DNA of 64,000 nucleotides from an uncultured Verrucomicrobia subdivision 3 bacterium (GTDB lineage Bacteria; Verrucomicrobiota; Verrucomicrobiia; Limisphaerales; UBA11358). The stretch lies in NCBI GenBank assembly GCA_903875465.1, contig CAIQWB010000073.1:16373-80372 (forward strand), given 5' to 3'. The notes beneath the pieces are model-generated. The model searched no databases and was not told where the DNA came from. It was given only the letters and a program-made list of their open reading frames with translations. The position numbers and the translations under genes were made by a program. Shown here in pieces: positions 8,701 through 15,416 of the stretch. Within the stretch, counting starts at the first letter, position 1; each line of letters starts with the position of its first letter.

Positions 8701-11700
8701 AGCTCGGCCACGATCTGGCTGTCCTGCGCACTGTTGTAATGCCCCAGATGGTCGCGGTCCACCAGGTAGATGGTTCCGTCCTTCCCGGCGCCCACCAAGA
8801 GGTGCGGGTGCGCGACACTGCCGGCGGCATCCGGCAGGCCCATGGGGCAGCCGGCCGCCAGGTCCAGATCCACGGCGGTCAGCGCGGCCTGGTTGTAAGG
8901 GGTAAAGTAATCGGTGAGCACCAGCCCGCTGCCGGGGTTGAATTTCAGAAAGCTTTCGCTCAAGTTGGCTTGCGTCAGCACTGAATAATTAGTGTTAAAG
9001 TCACCATTTCCCGTCATGAGAAAGACGGCGCCGGAAGCATCCCCCACCAACCCACCGCTCCCCTGCCAGATGCCACCGAAGCTGCCGTTGGGTGTGGTGT
9101 TATAAAGGCCCGTTTGCTGGAGGGTGTGGGCATCATAAGCCATGACCCAGCCGTGGTAATTGCCGGCGTCGCAATGGGAGGAAAACGCAAAATAAACCTG
9201 GCCATTTTGCAACAGCAGGGCCGTGCGGCATTGTTCCAAATTGCCATCGAAGACAATATTGGTGCCATCCCCGCCGATCCCCGTGCCAGGCACCGAGCCT
9301 TGAATCACCACCGGGCTGTTGGTTTGTTCGGCCCCGGTCAGCAGGTTGAGGGCATGCAATCTTTGGACGTCATGCTCCACACCATTGGTGGTTTCGGCCG
9401 TGACCGCCTCCACATAGATGGTGCCGCCGGCCAGATCAATCACCGGCGTGGCGGCAATGCACTCCTCGTACGGAATGTCCCCGCAATAGCCCACGGCCAG
9501 GTTGGGGGTGACGCCGGCGGCCGGATTAATGAAGCTGGTCTGCCACAAAGGCACGGCATTCGCCCCCTGGTTGTTATCGGCATCAAATGCGTAAACAGTG
9601 CCATGCTGCGTGGCCACGAACAGGGCGTTATGCACACCGCGGCCCGGGAAGTCGAGGCCGGATACGTAAAGTGGCTGCGCGTACACCGCGCCATCCACCG
9701 AACGGGTAAAGAGTTTGCCAAAAGAAGTGGCATTCACATTGCCCGGGGTCAGCACAAACTCATTGGTATTCGCTCCGGTGCGCAGGTTGTCATGCTGCCC
9801 GACCAGCACGTTATAACCCCGGTCGGCGGGAACGGGCAGCACGGTGAGTTGGGCGGGGGCGCTGACATTGGTCCCCAGGCGGTTGAAGGCGAGCAGGGTG
9901 TAAATTCCCGTCTGGTTGGTTTGCAGGTTCGGCAGAATCAACCAGTTCAAATTTTGGCCGGGCAAATTGGTGCCATTGCACTGCCATTGCAGGGTGATGG
10001 GCGTGGTGCCCGCCACGGTGGCCGTGAAGGTCGCCAGGCCGTTTTCATAGTTCGTCACGGGTGATGGTTGTTGGGTAAAGTAGAGGGAACCGGGCACAAT
10101 CGCGGACACCGTCACGGCGGGACTGGTAACGGTGGCAGCCGAATTGCTCACTTGCACGGAATAATCCCCGGAATCGGCAACGGCCAGATTGGTCAACACC
10201 AGGGTGGCCGTGTTACCCCACGGCAGATTGGTGCCGTTTCGCAGCCATTGGTAGCTAAAGGGCGGCGTGCCGGTTTCCGGGACACTCAGGGAAACGGTCG
10301 TCCCGGCCGCCACCACATTGGCGGGTGCGGCCACCGGCTGGACCGTGCCAGGGGGGGCGGACCAGTTGCCCGTTTGGTATAGCGCAATTTCTGCCGGGGA
10401 CAACGCCCGGCTGGCAATCAGCAGATTCGCCAGCCACCCGTTAAAATTCACGTCAGCGGTGGTTTTGCCCACGATAAAATTGGCGGGTTGCACATTCGGC
10501 GGGGGGGAGGCCTGGCTGCCGACGCTCACACCATCGACATACATCGTTTGAAGGGTGCCATCCCAGGTGACCGCAAGCGCATGCCACTGGCCATCCTTCG
10601 GGTCATTCGTCCCGGTGCCGGAAATGAAATCGTTGGCATACCAGTAGTTTTCCAAACTAAAATGCCCGTTGAGGCGGAAACTATTCGCCTGGCTGGCGCT
10701 GTTAAAACCCCAGCCCACAATGCCGCCGTTATTGGGGCAACCCGAGGCCGTCTTCGCCCACACCGCCACGGTATAGGGAGCGGCATTGGTCGGCACCCCG
10801 TTCGGGAACAAGCCGGACAGGGTGGTGAGTGTGCAATTGCCATCGAGATAAACCGAGCCACCGAAGGGTCCATCCGGACTGTAAACCGGCTGCCCGCTGG
10901 CCGCCGTGAGGGGATTAAACAGGCTGCCCCGGTCAACTCCCAGGTTAGTGGGATTATTAAACGGCCAATAGCCAGCGGTGATCATGCCGGGATTCACGGT
11001 CACTTTTAGCGTGGGGCTGGTATTAGTACCCAGTAAATTACCGACTTGGACGGCATAGCCACCGGCATCGCTGATCAAAACATTGGTCAGGAGCAGCGTC
11101 GCGGTCGTGGCCCCGGTTAGGTTGGTGCCGTTTTTTTGCCATTGGTATTGGAAGGGCGGAGTCCCTGTTACTGGCACCGATAAGGTAAGGGTGGTTCCCG
11201 CAGGCACTGGATTGGTGGCGGTGGCGAGAGGCGTCCCAGGAATCGCCGGCACCTGCCAGTTGCCGGCCTGATAAGCGGCCACTTCGGAGGGGGTCATGGC
11301 CCGGTTAACAATCAGTAAATCCGCCAGCCAGCCCGTGAAATTGACATCTGCCGTGGTTTGCCCCACGACGAAATTGGCCGGCTGGACGTTGGGGGGCGAG
11401 GTCGTCTGGCTCGCAGCCTTTAGACCGTCTTCATAAAAGGTTTGCGTGAGGCCATCCCACGTGACCACCAGGGCATGCCATTTGCCGTCGCTGGGGTCAT
11501 TCGTCAGTCCCGATATGATGAAATCATTGCCATACCAGTAATTCACCACGCTATTAGGGCCGTTCAACCGGAAGTTGTTTGCCTGACCATAACTATTAAG
11601 TCCCCAACCGACGAAACCGCCATTGGCAGCCCCTTTCGGGTCGGCTTTCTCCCAGACCGCGATGGTGTACGGACTGGCATTGGTGGGCAGGCAGGCCGGG

Positions 11701-12077
11701 AAGCTGCCCGCCAAGGTCGTGAGGGTGGTCTGGCCGTCCAGATACACGGAAGCTCCGAAGGGGCCATCGTTGGTAAATTGCAGGGTGCCGTGCAGGGGAG
11801 CGAGCGAGTGGCCCCAGGGACTGCTGTCCCAGCCGGGATTGGCGGCATTATTGAACTGCCAGTAGCCCACGATGCCCGTGCCTTGCGCCTCCAGGGAAGG
11901 GACCCCAAACAGGGCGCTGGCCAGCACGACTAACCCCAAGCCCAAGGAATTGGCCCGCCTGGCGGCGGTGAGTTGGCTGGCTACCTGGGCGTGGCTGACC
12001 CTGCCTGAAAGGCGATCAAGAGTCTGGCCGGTTAATAGCGACCAGCGCTTAAAATCCCTAATAATCTTGCAACTCAT
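5781..12077 (-). CDS. giant secreted multidomain protein: 2x(LamG-Ig), Ig, PQQ-like beta-propeller, chitobiase-C-like, PA14, Ig-like, diheme cytochrome c-like module, chitobiase-C-like, conserved C-terminal FYR tail
   Basis: Uninterrupted 2098-aa ORF with a hydrophobic signal-like segment (LGLGLVVLASALFGVPSLEAQ). The domain motifs are listed in the sub-features below. Confidence 0.85.
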   Translation of the reverse strand: MSCKIIRDFKRWSLLTGQTLDRLSGRVSHAQVASQLTAARRANSLGLGLVVLASALFGVPSLEAQGTGIVGYWQFNNAANPGWDSSPWGHSLAPLHGTLQFTNDGPFGASVYLDGQTTLTTLAGSFPACLPTNASPYTIAVWEKADPKGAANGGFVGWGLNSYGQANNFRLNGPNSVVNYWYGNDFIISGLTNDPSDGKWHALVVTWDGLTQTFYEDGLKAASQTTSPPNVQPANFVVGQTTADVNFTGWLADLLIVNRAMTPSEVAAYQAGNWQVPAIPGTPLATATNPVPAGTTLTLSVPVTGTPPFQYQWQKNGTNLTGATTATLLLTNVLISDAGGYAVQVGNLLGTNTSPTLKVTVNPGMITAGYWPFNNPTNLGVDRGSLFNPLTAASGQPVYSPDGPFGGSVYLDGNCTLTTLSGLFPNGVPTNAAPYTVAVWAKTASGCPNNGGIVGWGFNSASQANSFRLNGHFSLENYWYANDFISGTGTNDPKDGQWHALAVTWDGTLQTMYVDGVSVGSQASPPPNVQPANFIVGKTTADVNFNGWLANLLIASRALSPAEIALYQTGNWSAPPGTVQPVAAPANVVAAGTTVSLSVPETGTPPFSYQWLRNGTNLPWGNTATLVLTNLAVADSGDYSVQVSNSAATVTSPAVTVSAIVPGSLYFTQQPSPVTNYENGLATFTATVAGTTPITLQWQCNGTNLPGQNLNWLILPNLQTNQTGIYTLLAFNRLGTNVSAPAQLTVLPVPADRGYNVLVGQHDNLRTGANTNEFVLTPGNVNATSFGKLFTRSVDGAVYAQPLYVSGLDFPGRGVHNALFVATQHGTVYAFDADNNQGANAVPLWQTSFINPAAGVTPNLAVGYCGDIPYEECIAATPVIDLAGGTIYVEAVTAETTNGVEHDVQRLHALNLLTGAEQTNSPVVIQGSVPGTGIGGDGTNIVFDGNLEQCRTALLLQNGQVYFAFSSHCDAGNYHGWVMAYDAHTLQQTGLYNTTPNGSFGGIWQGSGGLVGDASGAVFLMTGNGDFNTNYSVLTQANLSESFLKFNPGSGLVLTDYFTPYNQAALTAVDLDLAAGCPMGLPDAAGSVAHPHLLVGAGKDGTIYLVDRDHLGHYNSAQDSQIVAELPNAMGIPPSYPVPAYFNNTLYYQASSDVMRAFALTNATLSPAPVAVSSTTFGPPGGVPGVSANGTSNAIVWVVQTDGWPSGGTAILHAYNATNLAELYNSGQAPKRDVPGPAVKWVAPTVAGGKVYVGGDFTLDVFGVGAFLPTPTVSPAAGNFTNSVVVTLADAVAGAAIYYTLDGTTPGTNAILYTGPLVLTNTTGLQVIATLPGAVSSSVVVTPFISSTTVGSGTGLTGAYYAGQAGTFTNAPTLVRVDPTINFDWSSTGPATNIGPEIFTTIWTGSIQPQFNETYTFFTTVDDGVRLFVNGQELINEWVGEPVTTYQAAFPMKAGQLYTIEMDYFQGLYGAVAKLQWFSPSQPLSLVPTSQLYPYTNPPPVAVLTAPLNGTATTAGSSLTLTANAAAQYNRLDQVSFYTNGVYVGAVSNAPYALTISGLAPGSLALTAVATDGSGLTGTSAPVNITIKAGSTAAYGLTNRAVVAPAFNLSASGSGRLPLTLSQVGVFSDTTNLVPARGLLPYAPNAPFWSDNAIKSRWLAVPWNGGLATPDQQIGFTTNGAWSFPAGSVFVKHFSLVTDQTQSNAPLRRLETRLLVRDNYGAVFGATYKWRPDNSDADLLTNSLNENILITTSTGTQTQTWFYPSPANCLSCHTAAAGYVLGVNTRQLNGNFDYPGTGVADNQLRALNHLGLFNPAFDEAAITNFSQMVALTNQNATLENRARSYVDVNCAYCHMPGGSGRSFDARYDTPLTSQNLIYGPVVANLGVDNAYVIKPQDIWRSMLYQRASSLVRGVKMPPLGHYLVDTNGMAVMAAWINSLPGIPALPPPAINPAGASFVNAIQVALQPPDTNATLYYTLDGSLPTPASFAYAGPFILTNSATVSVNAFATGYTNSIAVSRVFTIQPPVVFTGACLYTNGGFAVQIVGVLGKSYVLQTSPDLVNWSSVSTNAATASPLYLLDQLNDPAGPARFYRAYQQP
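6258..7235 (-). other. diheme c-type cytochrome-like module (two CXXCH) of the giant protein (aa ~1615-1940)
   Basis: CLSCH is encoded at 6759-6773 and CAYCH at 6516-6530; I verified the codons on the minus strand. The flanking pattern LLPYAPNAPFWSDNAIKSRW...RRLETRLLV...YKWRPDNSDADLL...NQLRALNHLGLF...RARSYVDVNCAYCH...KMPPLG...AWINSL resembles, from memory, the SO_2930/HNE_0200-type diheme cytochrome family. Confidence 0.6.
7608..8015 (-). other. PA14 domain of the giant protein (aa ~1355-1490)
   Basis: GLTGAYYAG...FTNAPTLVRVDPTINFDW...FTTIWTGSIQPQFNETYTFFTTVDDGVRLFVNGQELINEW matches the canonical PA14 pattern (GL.g.YY...F...........W.G.i.p...G.Y.F....DDg.rl.v.g..vi..W). Confidence 0.65.
8283..9815 (-). 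other. PQQ-like repeat beta-propeller region of the giant protein (aa ~755-1265)
   Basis: Repeated blade motifs of the PQQ/BamB-like type: GAVYAQPLYV, GTVYAFDADNNQGANAVPLWQ, LHALNLLTGAEQ, GWVMAYDAHTLQQTG, GTIYLVDRDHLG, ILHAYNATNLAELY, GGKVYVGG. Confidence 0.5.
10098..11870 (-). repeat. tandem intragenic duplication of a LamG(concanavalin-like)-Ig unit (aa 70-364 and 369-660 of the giant protein)
   Basis: The two units align by eye over about 290 aa, with roughly half or more of positions identical. Examples: GPFGASVYLDGQTTLTTLAGSFP..PTNASPYTIAVW vs GPFGGSVYLDGNCTLTTLSGLFP..PTNAAPYTVAVW; PPNVQPANFVVGQTTADVNFTGWLADLLI vs PPNVQPANFIVGKTTADVNFNGWLANLLI; GTPPFQYQWQKNGTNL vs GTPPFSYQWLRNGTNL. Confidence 0.75.
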
Positions 12078-12256
12078 TGTTTTGGCGAAGTTTAAATAAG
12101 TTCGAGCAGTATAGACAATATAATAATCGGGCTTGTAAAGTTATGTTTGGTCGCTATTTTGAATTTTAGTAAAGGTTATCATTAAGGATTGCTAAAACTT
12201 TTTTCCAATCGCCGCAACCCGGCTGGAGTGTTAAACATTTTTTACGGGTATTTTTT

Positions 12257-13357
12257 ATGATTATTGGATTGCCAAAAGAAGTCAAGGTTCAGGAATACCG
12301 CGTGGCATTACTGCCCTCGGGAGTTTACCAATTGGTGAAACGGGGACATCAAGTGGTGGTGGAGCGCAACGCCGGGACGGGTGCGGGCTACCCGGATGCG
12401 GAATATGCAGCGGCGGGAGCCACCCTGGTGGCGGAACATGCCACGGTGTTCGAGCGGGCGGATTTGATCATCAAAGTTAAAGAACCCCTCCCGGAGGAAT
12501 ATCCCTTGTTACGCCCGGGGCAATTGCTCTTTACCTACCTGCACCTGGCGGCCAGCCGTTCCCTCACCGAGGCGCTGATGAAATCGGGGGCCACGGGCAT
12601 TGCTTACGAAACCATTGAGGTCAACCGGCGGTTGCCGCTCTTGGAACCCATGAGCGAAATTGCCGGCCGCATGAGTGTGCTGGTGGGCGGATATTTTCTG
12701 GCCAAGCATTTTGGTGGCAGCGGGGTGTTGCTGGGAGGGGTGCCCGGCGTGCTGCCCGGAAAAGTCGTGGTCCTCGGGGGCGGGTCCTCCGGCATCAACG
12801 CGGCCCGGATGGCCCAGGGCTTGGGGGCAGATGTCACCATTTTGGAAGTGGATTTGGAACGGATGCGGTTTCTGGACATTACCCTGCACACCGCCCACAC
12901 GTTGTTCTCCAACGAGGCCCATTTAATGGAATTGCTGCCGAAGGTGGATTTGCTGATTGGCGCGGTGCTGGTGCCGGGTGCCCGGGCACCCAAGCTCATC
13001 AACCGGGAAATGCTGCGCCGGATGCGTCCGGGCAGCGTGCTGGTGGATATCGCAATTGACCAGGGCGGTTGTGCCGAAACCTCCCGGGCGACCACCCATG
13101 ATAATCCCGTCTATGTCGAGGAGGGGGTGACTCATTATTGCGTGGCCAACATGCCGGGAGCTTATGCCCGGACCGCGACCCAGGCGCTCACGAATGTCAC
13201 CTATCGCTACTTGGAAACGCTGGCCGACCTGGGTCTGGCCGAGGCCTGCCAACGCCAGCCGGCCATCGCGGGGGGCATCAATGTCATGGGCGGCAACATC
13301 ACCCATCAAGCGGTGGCGGAAGCGCACGGCCTGCCGTTCACCCCACCCAGTTTTTAA
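12257..13357 (+). CDS. ald: alanine dehydrogenase
   Basis: 366 aa. N-terminus MIIGLPKEVKVQEYRVALLPSGV, Rossmann motif VVVLGGGSSGINAARMA, and C-terminal CVANMPGAYARTAT. All are characteristic of L-alanine dehydrogenase. Confidence 0.9.
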   Translation: MIIGLPKEVKVQEYRVALLPSGVYQLVKRGHQVVVERNAGTGAGYPDAEYAAAGATLVAEHATVFERADLIIKVKEPLPEEYPLLRPGQLLFTYLHLAASRSLTEALMKSGATGIAYETIEVNRRLPLLEPMSEIAGRMSVLVGGYFLAKHFGGSGVLLGGVPGVLPGKVVVLGGGSSGINAARMAQGLGADVTILEVDLERMRFLDITLHTAHTLFSNEAHLMELLPKVDLLIGAVLVPGARAPKLINREMLRRMRPGSVLVDIAIDQGGCAETSRATTHDNPVYVEEGVTHYCVANMPGAYARTATQALTNVTYRYLETLADLGLAEACQRQPAIAGGINVMGGNITHQAVAEAHGLPFTPPSF

Positions 13358-13361
13358 TTTT

Positions 13362-14594
13362 ATGTCCGCCGCCACGCGCCCGGAAGCCGCCGCCAAGACC
13401 GAACGTTTAATGTCGCTCGACGTGTTGCGCGGCTTTGACATGTTCTGGATTCTGGGGGCGGATTCACTGTTTTATGCCTTGCATGAAATGCAGGCGAACC
13501 CAGTGACCAGTTTTCTGGCCTACGAATTGGATCACGCCGAATGGGCGGGGTTTCACTTCTACGACCTGATTTTCCCGTTGTTCGTGTTCATGATGGGGGT
13601 TTCCACCGTGTTTTCCCTGAGCCGCATCCTCGAACGCGAAGGCCGGGCCGCCGCCGTGAAACGGGTGGTGAAGCGGGGGGTGCTGCTCTTGGTGATCGGC
13701 CTGATCTATTCCGGGGGGTTCACCAATCCGTGGCCGGACATGCGCCTGATGGGGGTGCTGAACCGGATCGCCATCGTTTACACCGTCGGCGGTTTGCTGT
13801 TCATCTTTTTACGCACCCGGGCCTTGCTGGCCGTGGCGGCGGCCATCCTGCTGGGGTATTGGGCCCTGCTGGCCTGCGTGCCCTTCCCAGACTTACGACC
13901 GGTTCCGGGGGGCGAGGCGGTGATTTCCAAGGAAACAGGCTTTACCCATGTGGACCAGCTCAATTGGGCCAGCACCACCTTCATCCACAACTCTTATATC
14001 CAAGGTGTGAACCTCACGGATTATATCGATCAAAAATACCTGCCCGGCCGCAAATACGACGGCACGTACGATCCGGAGGGTATCCTAAGCTCCATCCCGG
14101 CCATTGCCACGGGATTGCTGGGCATCTTCACCGGGTTATTTCTGCGCCGCAAGGAAGTTTCCGATGCGAAAAAAGTGCTCGGCTTGATCGGTGCCGGTGC
14201 GGCCTGTGCTGCGCTGGGCTGGTTATGGGGGATTGAATTTCCCGTGATCAAGAAAATCTGGAGCTCCTCCTATGTGCTGGTGGCCGGTGGTTACAGTCTG
14301 ATTTTGCTCGGGACGTTTTATTGGATCGTGGATGTCAAACAATGGCGCGCCTGGTGCCAGCCGTTCGTCTGGATTGGCATGAATCCAATCACACTTTATC
14401 TGACGAGCAATTTTCTGGGCGGATTGGGATTTGAGAAACTGGCCCGCCGCCTGGCCGGGGGGCCGGTGAAAGCCTTTTTTGACACCCATGTGGCGCACGG
14501 CTTTGGGGAACTGGTGATTGCCGCCACCGCCATCGGCCTCTTCCTATGGTATGCGCGGTTTCTCTACCAACGGAAGATTTTCCTGCGGTTATAA
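13362..14594 (+). CDS. membrane acyltransferase-like protein (DUF5009 / heparan-alpha-glucosaminide N-acetyltransferase-like)
   Basis: I chose the start at ATG 13362 (MSAATRPEAAAKTERLMSLDVLRGFDMFWILGAD), 4 nt after the ald stop. The longer 13164 start overlaps ald in another frame. The protein is multi-pass hydrophobic, and the RLxSLDxLRG motif is typical of this family. Confidence 0.6.
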   Translation: MSAATRPEAAAKTERLMSLDVLRGFDMFWILGADSLFYALHEMQANPVTSFLAYELDHAEWAGFHFYDLIFPLFVFMMGVSTVFSLSRILEREGRAAAVKRVVKRGVLLLVIGLIYSGGFTNPWPDMRLMGVLNRIAIVYTVGGLLFIFLRTRALLAVAAAILLGYWALLACVPFPDLRPVPGGEAVISKETGFTHVDQLNWASTTFIHNSYIQGVNLTDYIDQKYLPGRKYDGTYDPEGILSSIPAIATGLLGIFTGLFLRRKEVSDAKKVLGLIGAGAACAALGWLWGIEFPVIKKIWSSSYVLVAGGYSLILLGTFYWIVDVKQWRAWCQPFVWIGMNPITLYLTSNFLGGLGFEKLARRLAGGPVKAFFDTHVAHGFGELVIAATAIGLFLWYARFLYQRKIFLRL

Positions 14595-14728
14595 GCCGGC
14601 GATCGGGCCGGGAGCTGCAAAATTGATTTTTGGCATGGAGCCAAACAAGTGGTGTCGGCATCCCGCCCCCCAGCCTCCTGCCTTGATTCCAAACACGAGG
14701 GATGACAGATTTAGCCATTACCTGTCGG

Positions 14729-14824
14729 CTATTCGCGCCGAATCCGGCTGCCCGGCACCCTACCCCGGCCTGCCGCTTTCAAAGCGAGATCAATATGCTC
14801 GGCTCTGGTTTCGGCTTCGTTCAT
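14729..14824 (-). pseudogene. hsdR: N-terminal stub (31 codons) of a type I restriction enzyme R subunit (hsdR), ended by a premature TAG
   Basis: My own minus-strand translation gives MNEAETRAEHIDLALKAAGRGRVPGSRIRRE*. This matches the conserved HsdR N-terminus (..EA.TR...IDPALKAAGW.....I.RE-Y), with the conserved W replaced by R and a stop where Y is expected. Its ATG overlaps the rhuM-fragment stop (ATGA). It is below the 60-aa ORF-track cutoff. Confidence 0.6.
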
Positions 14825-15075
14825 GACGTTTCCTGCTCGCTTTCCGGGGCTTTTTTAATGTGCCGGTCAACATCGGATTCAAACAGCCGGTCCTGCACGA
14901 CCCGGTATTTCTCGAATTCACTTTCCGCAAAGGCTTTGGCCACTTCCTGACTAACCTTGCCCGGATGATGCAGAATATCCCGCTTGTTGAATTTGAGAAA
15001 GGCGATCAGTTTGCCCGCCCAGTCCGTCATCGTCATGGGAGTATTTCGCTCCGCCTGATATCTTCTGATAAAACC
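14821..15075 (-). pseudogene. rhuM: C-terminal fragment of a RhuM-family (virulence/Fic-associated) protein; the N-terminal ~250 aa are missing
   Basis: ..YQAERNTPMTMTDWAGKLIAFLKFNKRDILHHPGKVSQEVAKAFAESEFEKYRVVQDRLFESDVDRHIKK matches the conserved RhuM C-terminus (PMTM.DW...L..FL.FN.R.IL...GKVS.E.A...AE.EFEKYR..QD....SDFD). The frame closes at an upstream TGA at 15124-15126, leaving no room for the rest of the protein. Confidence 0.65.
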
Positions 15076-15416
15076 GGCGCTCGCTTGCCCGGATTTCCCG
15101 AATTTCCGCCCGGCACCCGCGCATCACCACCTGGGTCTTGCGCCGCCCGCCAGCCCGCTCTTTGACATGCTAAACTGAAATCTTGAAGTTTCGCGGAGTT
15201 TCGCCCCCGCGTGGAGCCAACCCCGTCCGCGTCAGTCCGCGTCAGTCCGACCCCAAAAAATTAAAACCCTCCTCCGGCCGGGGCATAGGATGGCCCAGGC
15301 TGACCCGTAGGGGTGGCAGAGCCGAAATTCCTGGTCCCCTTGCTTAAGGAAGTTTGCCGGGAAGTCGCCGGTTGGTACTTGTGGCGCATGACGGGTTTTG
15401 CCACGCTGCCCGGCCT

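Noticed and set aside
13164-13361. Long N-terminal extension of the acyltransferase ORF overlapping ald
   Set aside because: The extension is the +1 frame of the ald 3' end, with an Arg/Trp/Pro-rich composition. A clean start at 13362 gives the expected N-terminus directly after the ald stop. The same logic was applied to the ORF-track starts at 3310, 15354, 20433, 21950, 22326, 24800, 25875, 35874 and 52767.
14389-14718. 109-aa minus-strand ORF downstream of the hsdR stub
   Set aside because: It is out of frame with the HsdR-like stub, overlaps the 3' end of the acyltransferase gene antisense, and has no similarity to the expected HsdR continuation. It is treated as noise within the decayed region.
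15040-15350. Possible tRNA or integrase attachment site next to the R-M relic
   Set aside because: I could not fold any cloverleaf from this stretch, and there is no integrase or transposase ORF nearby. Only the short direct repeats are reported.
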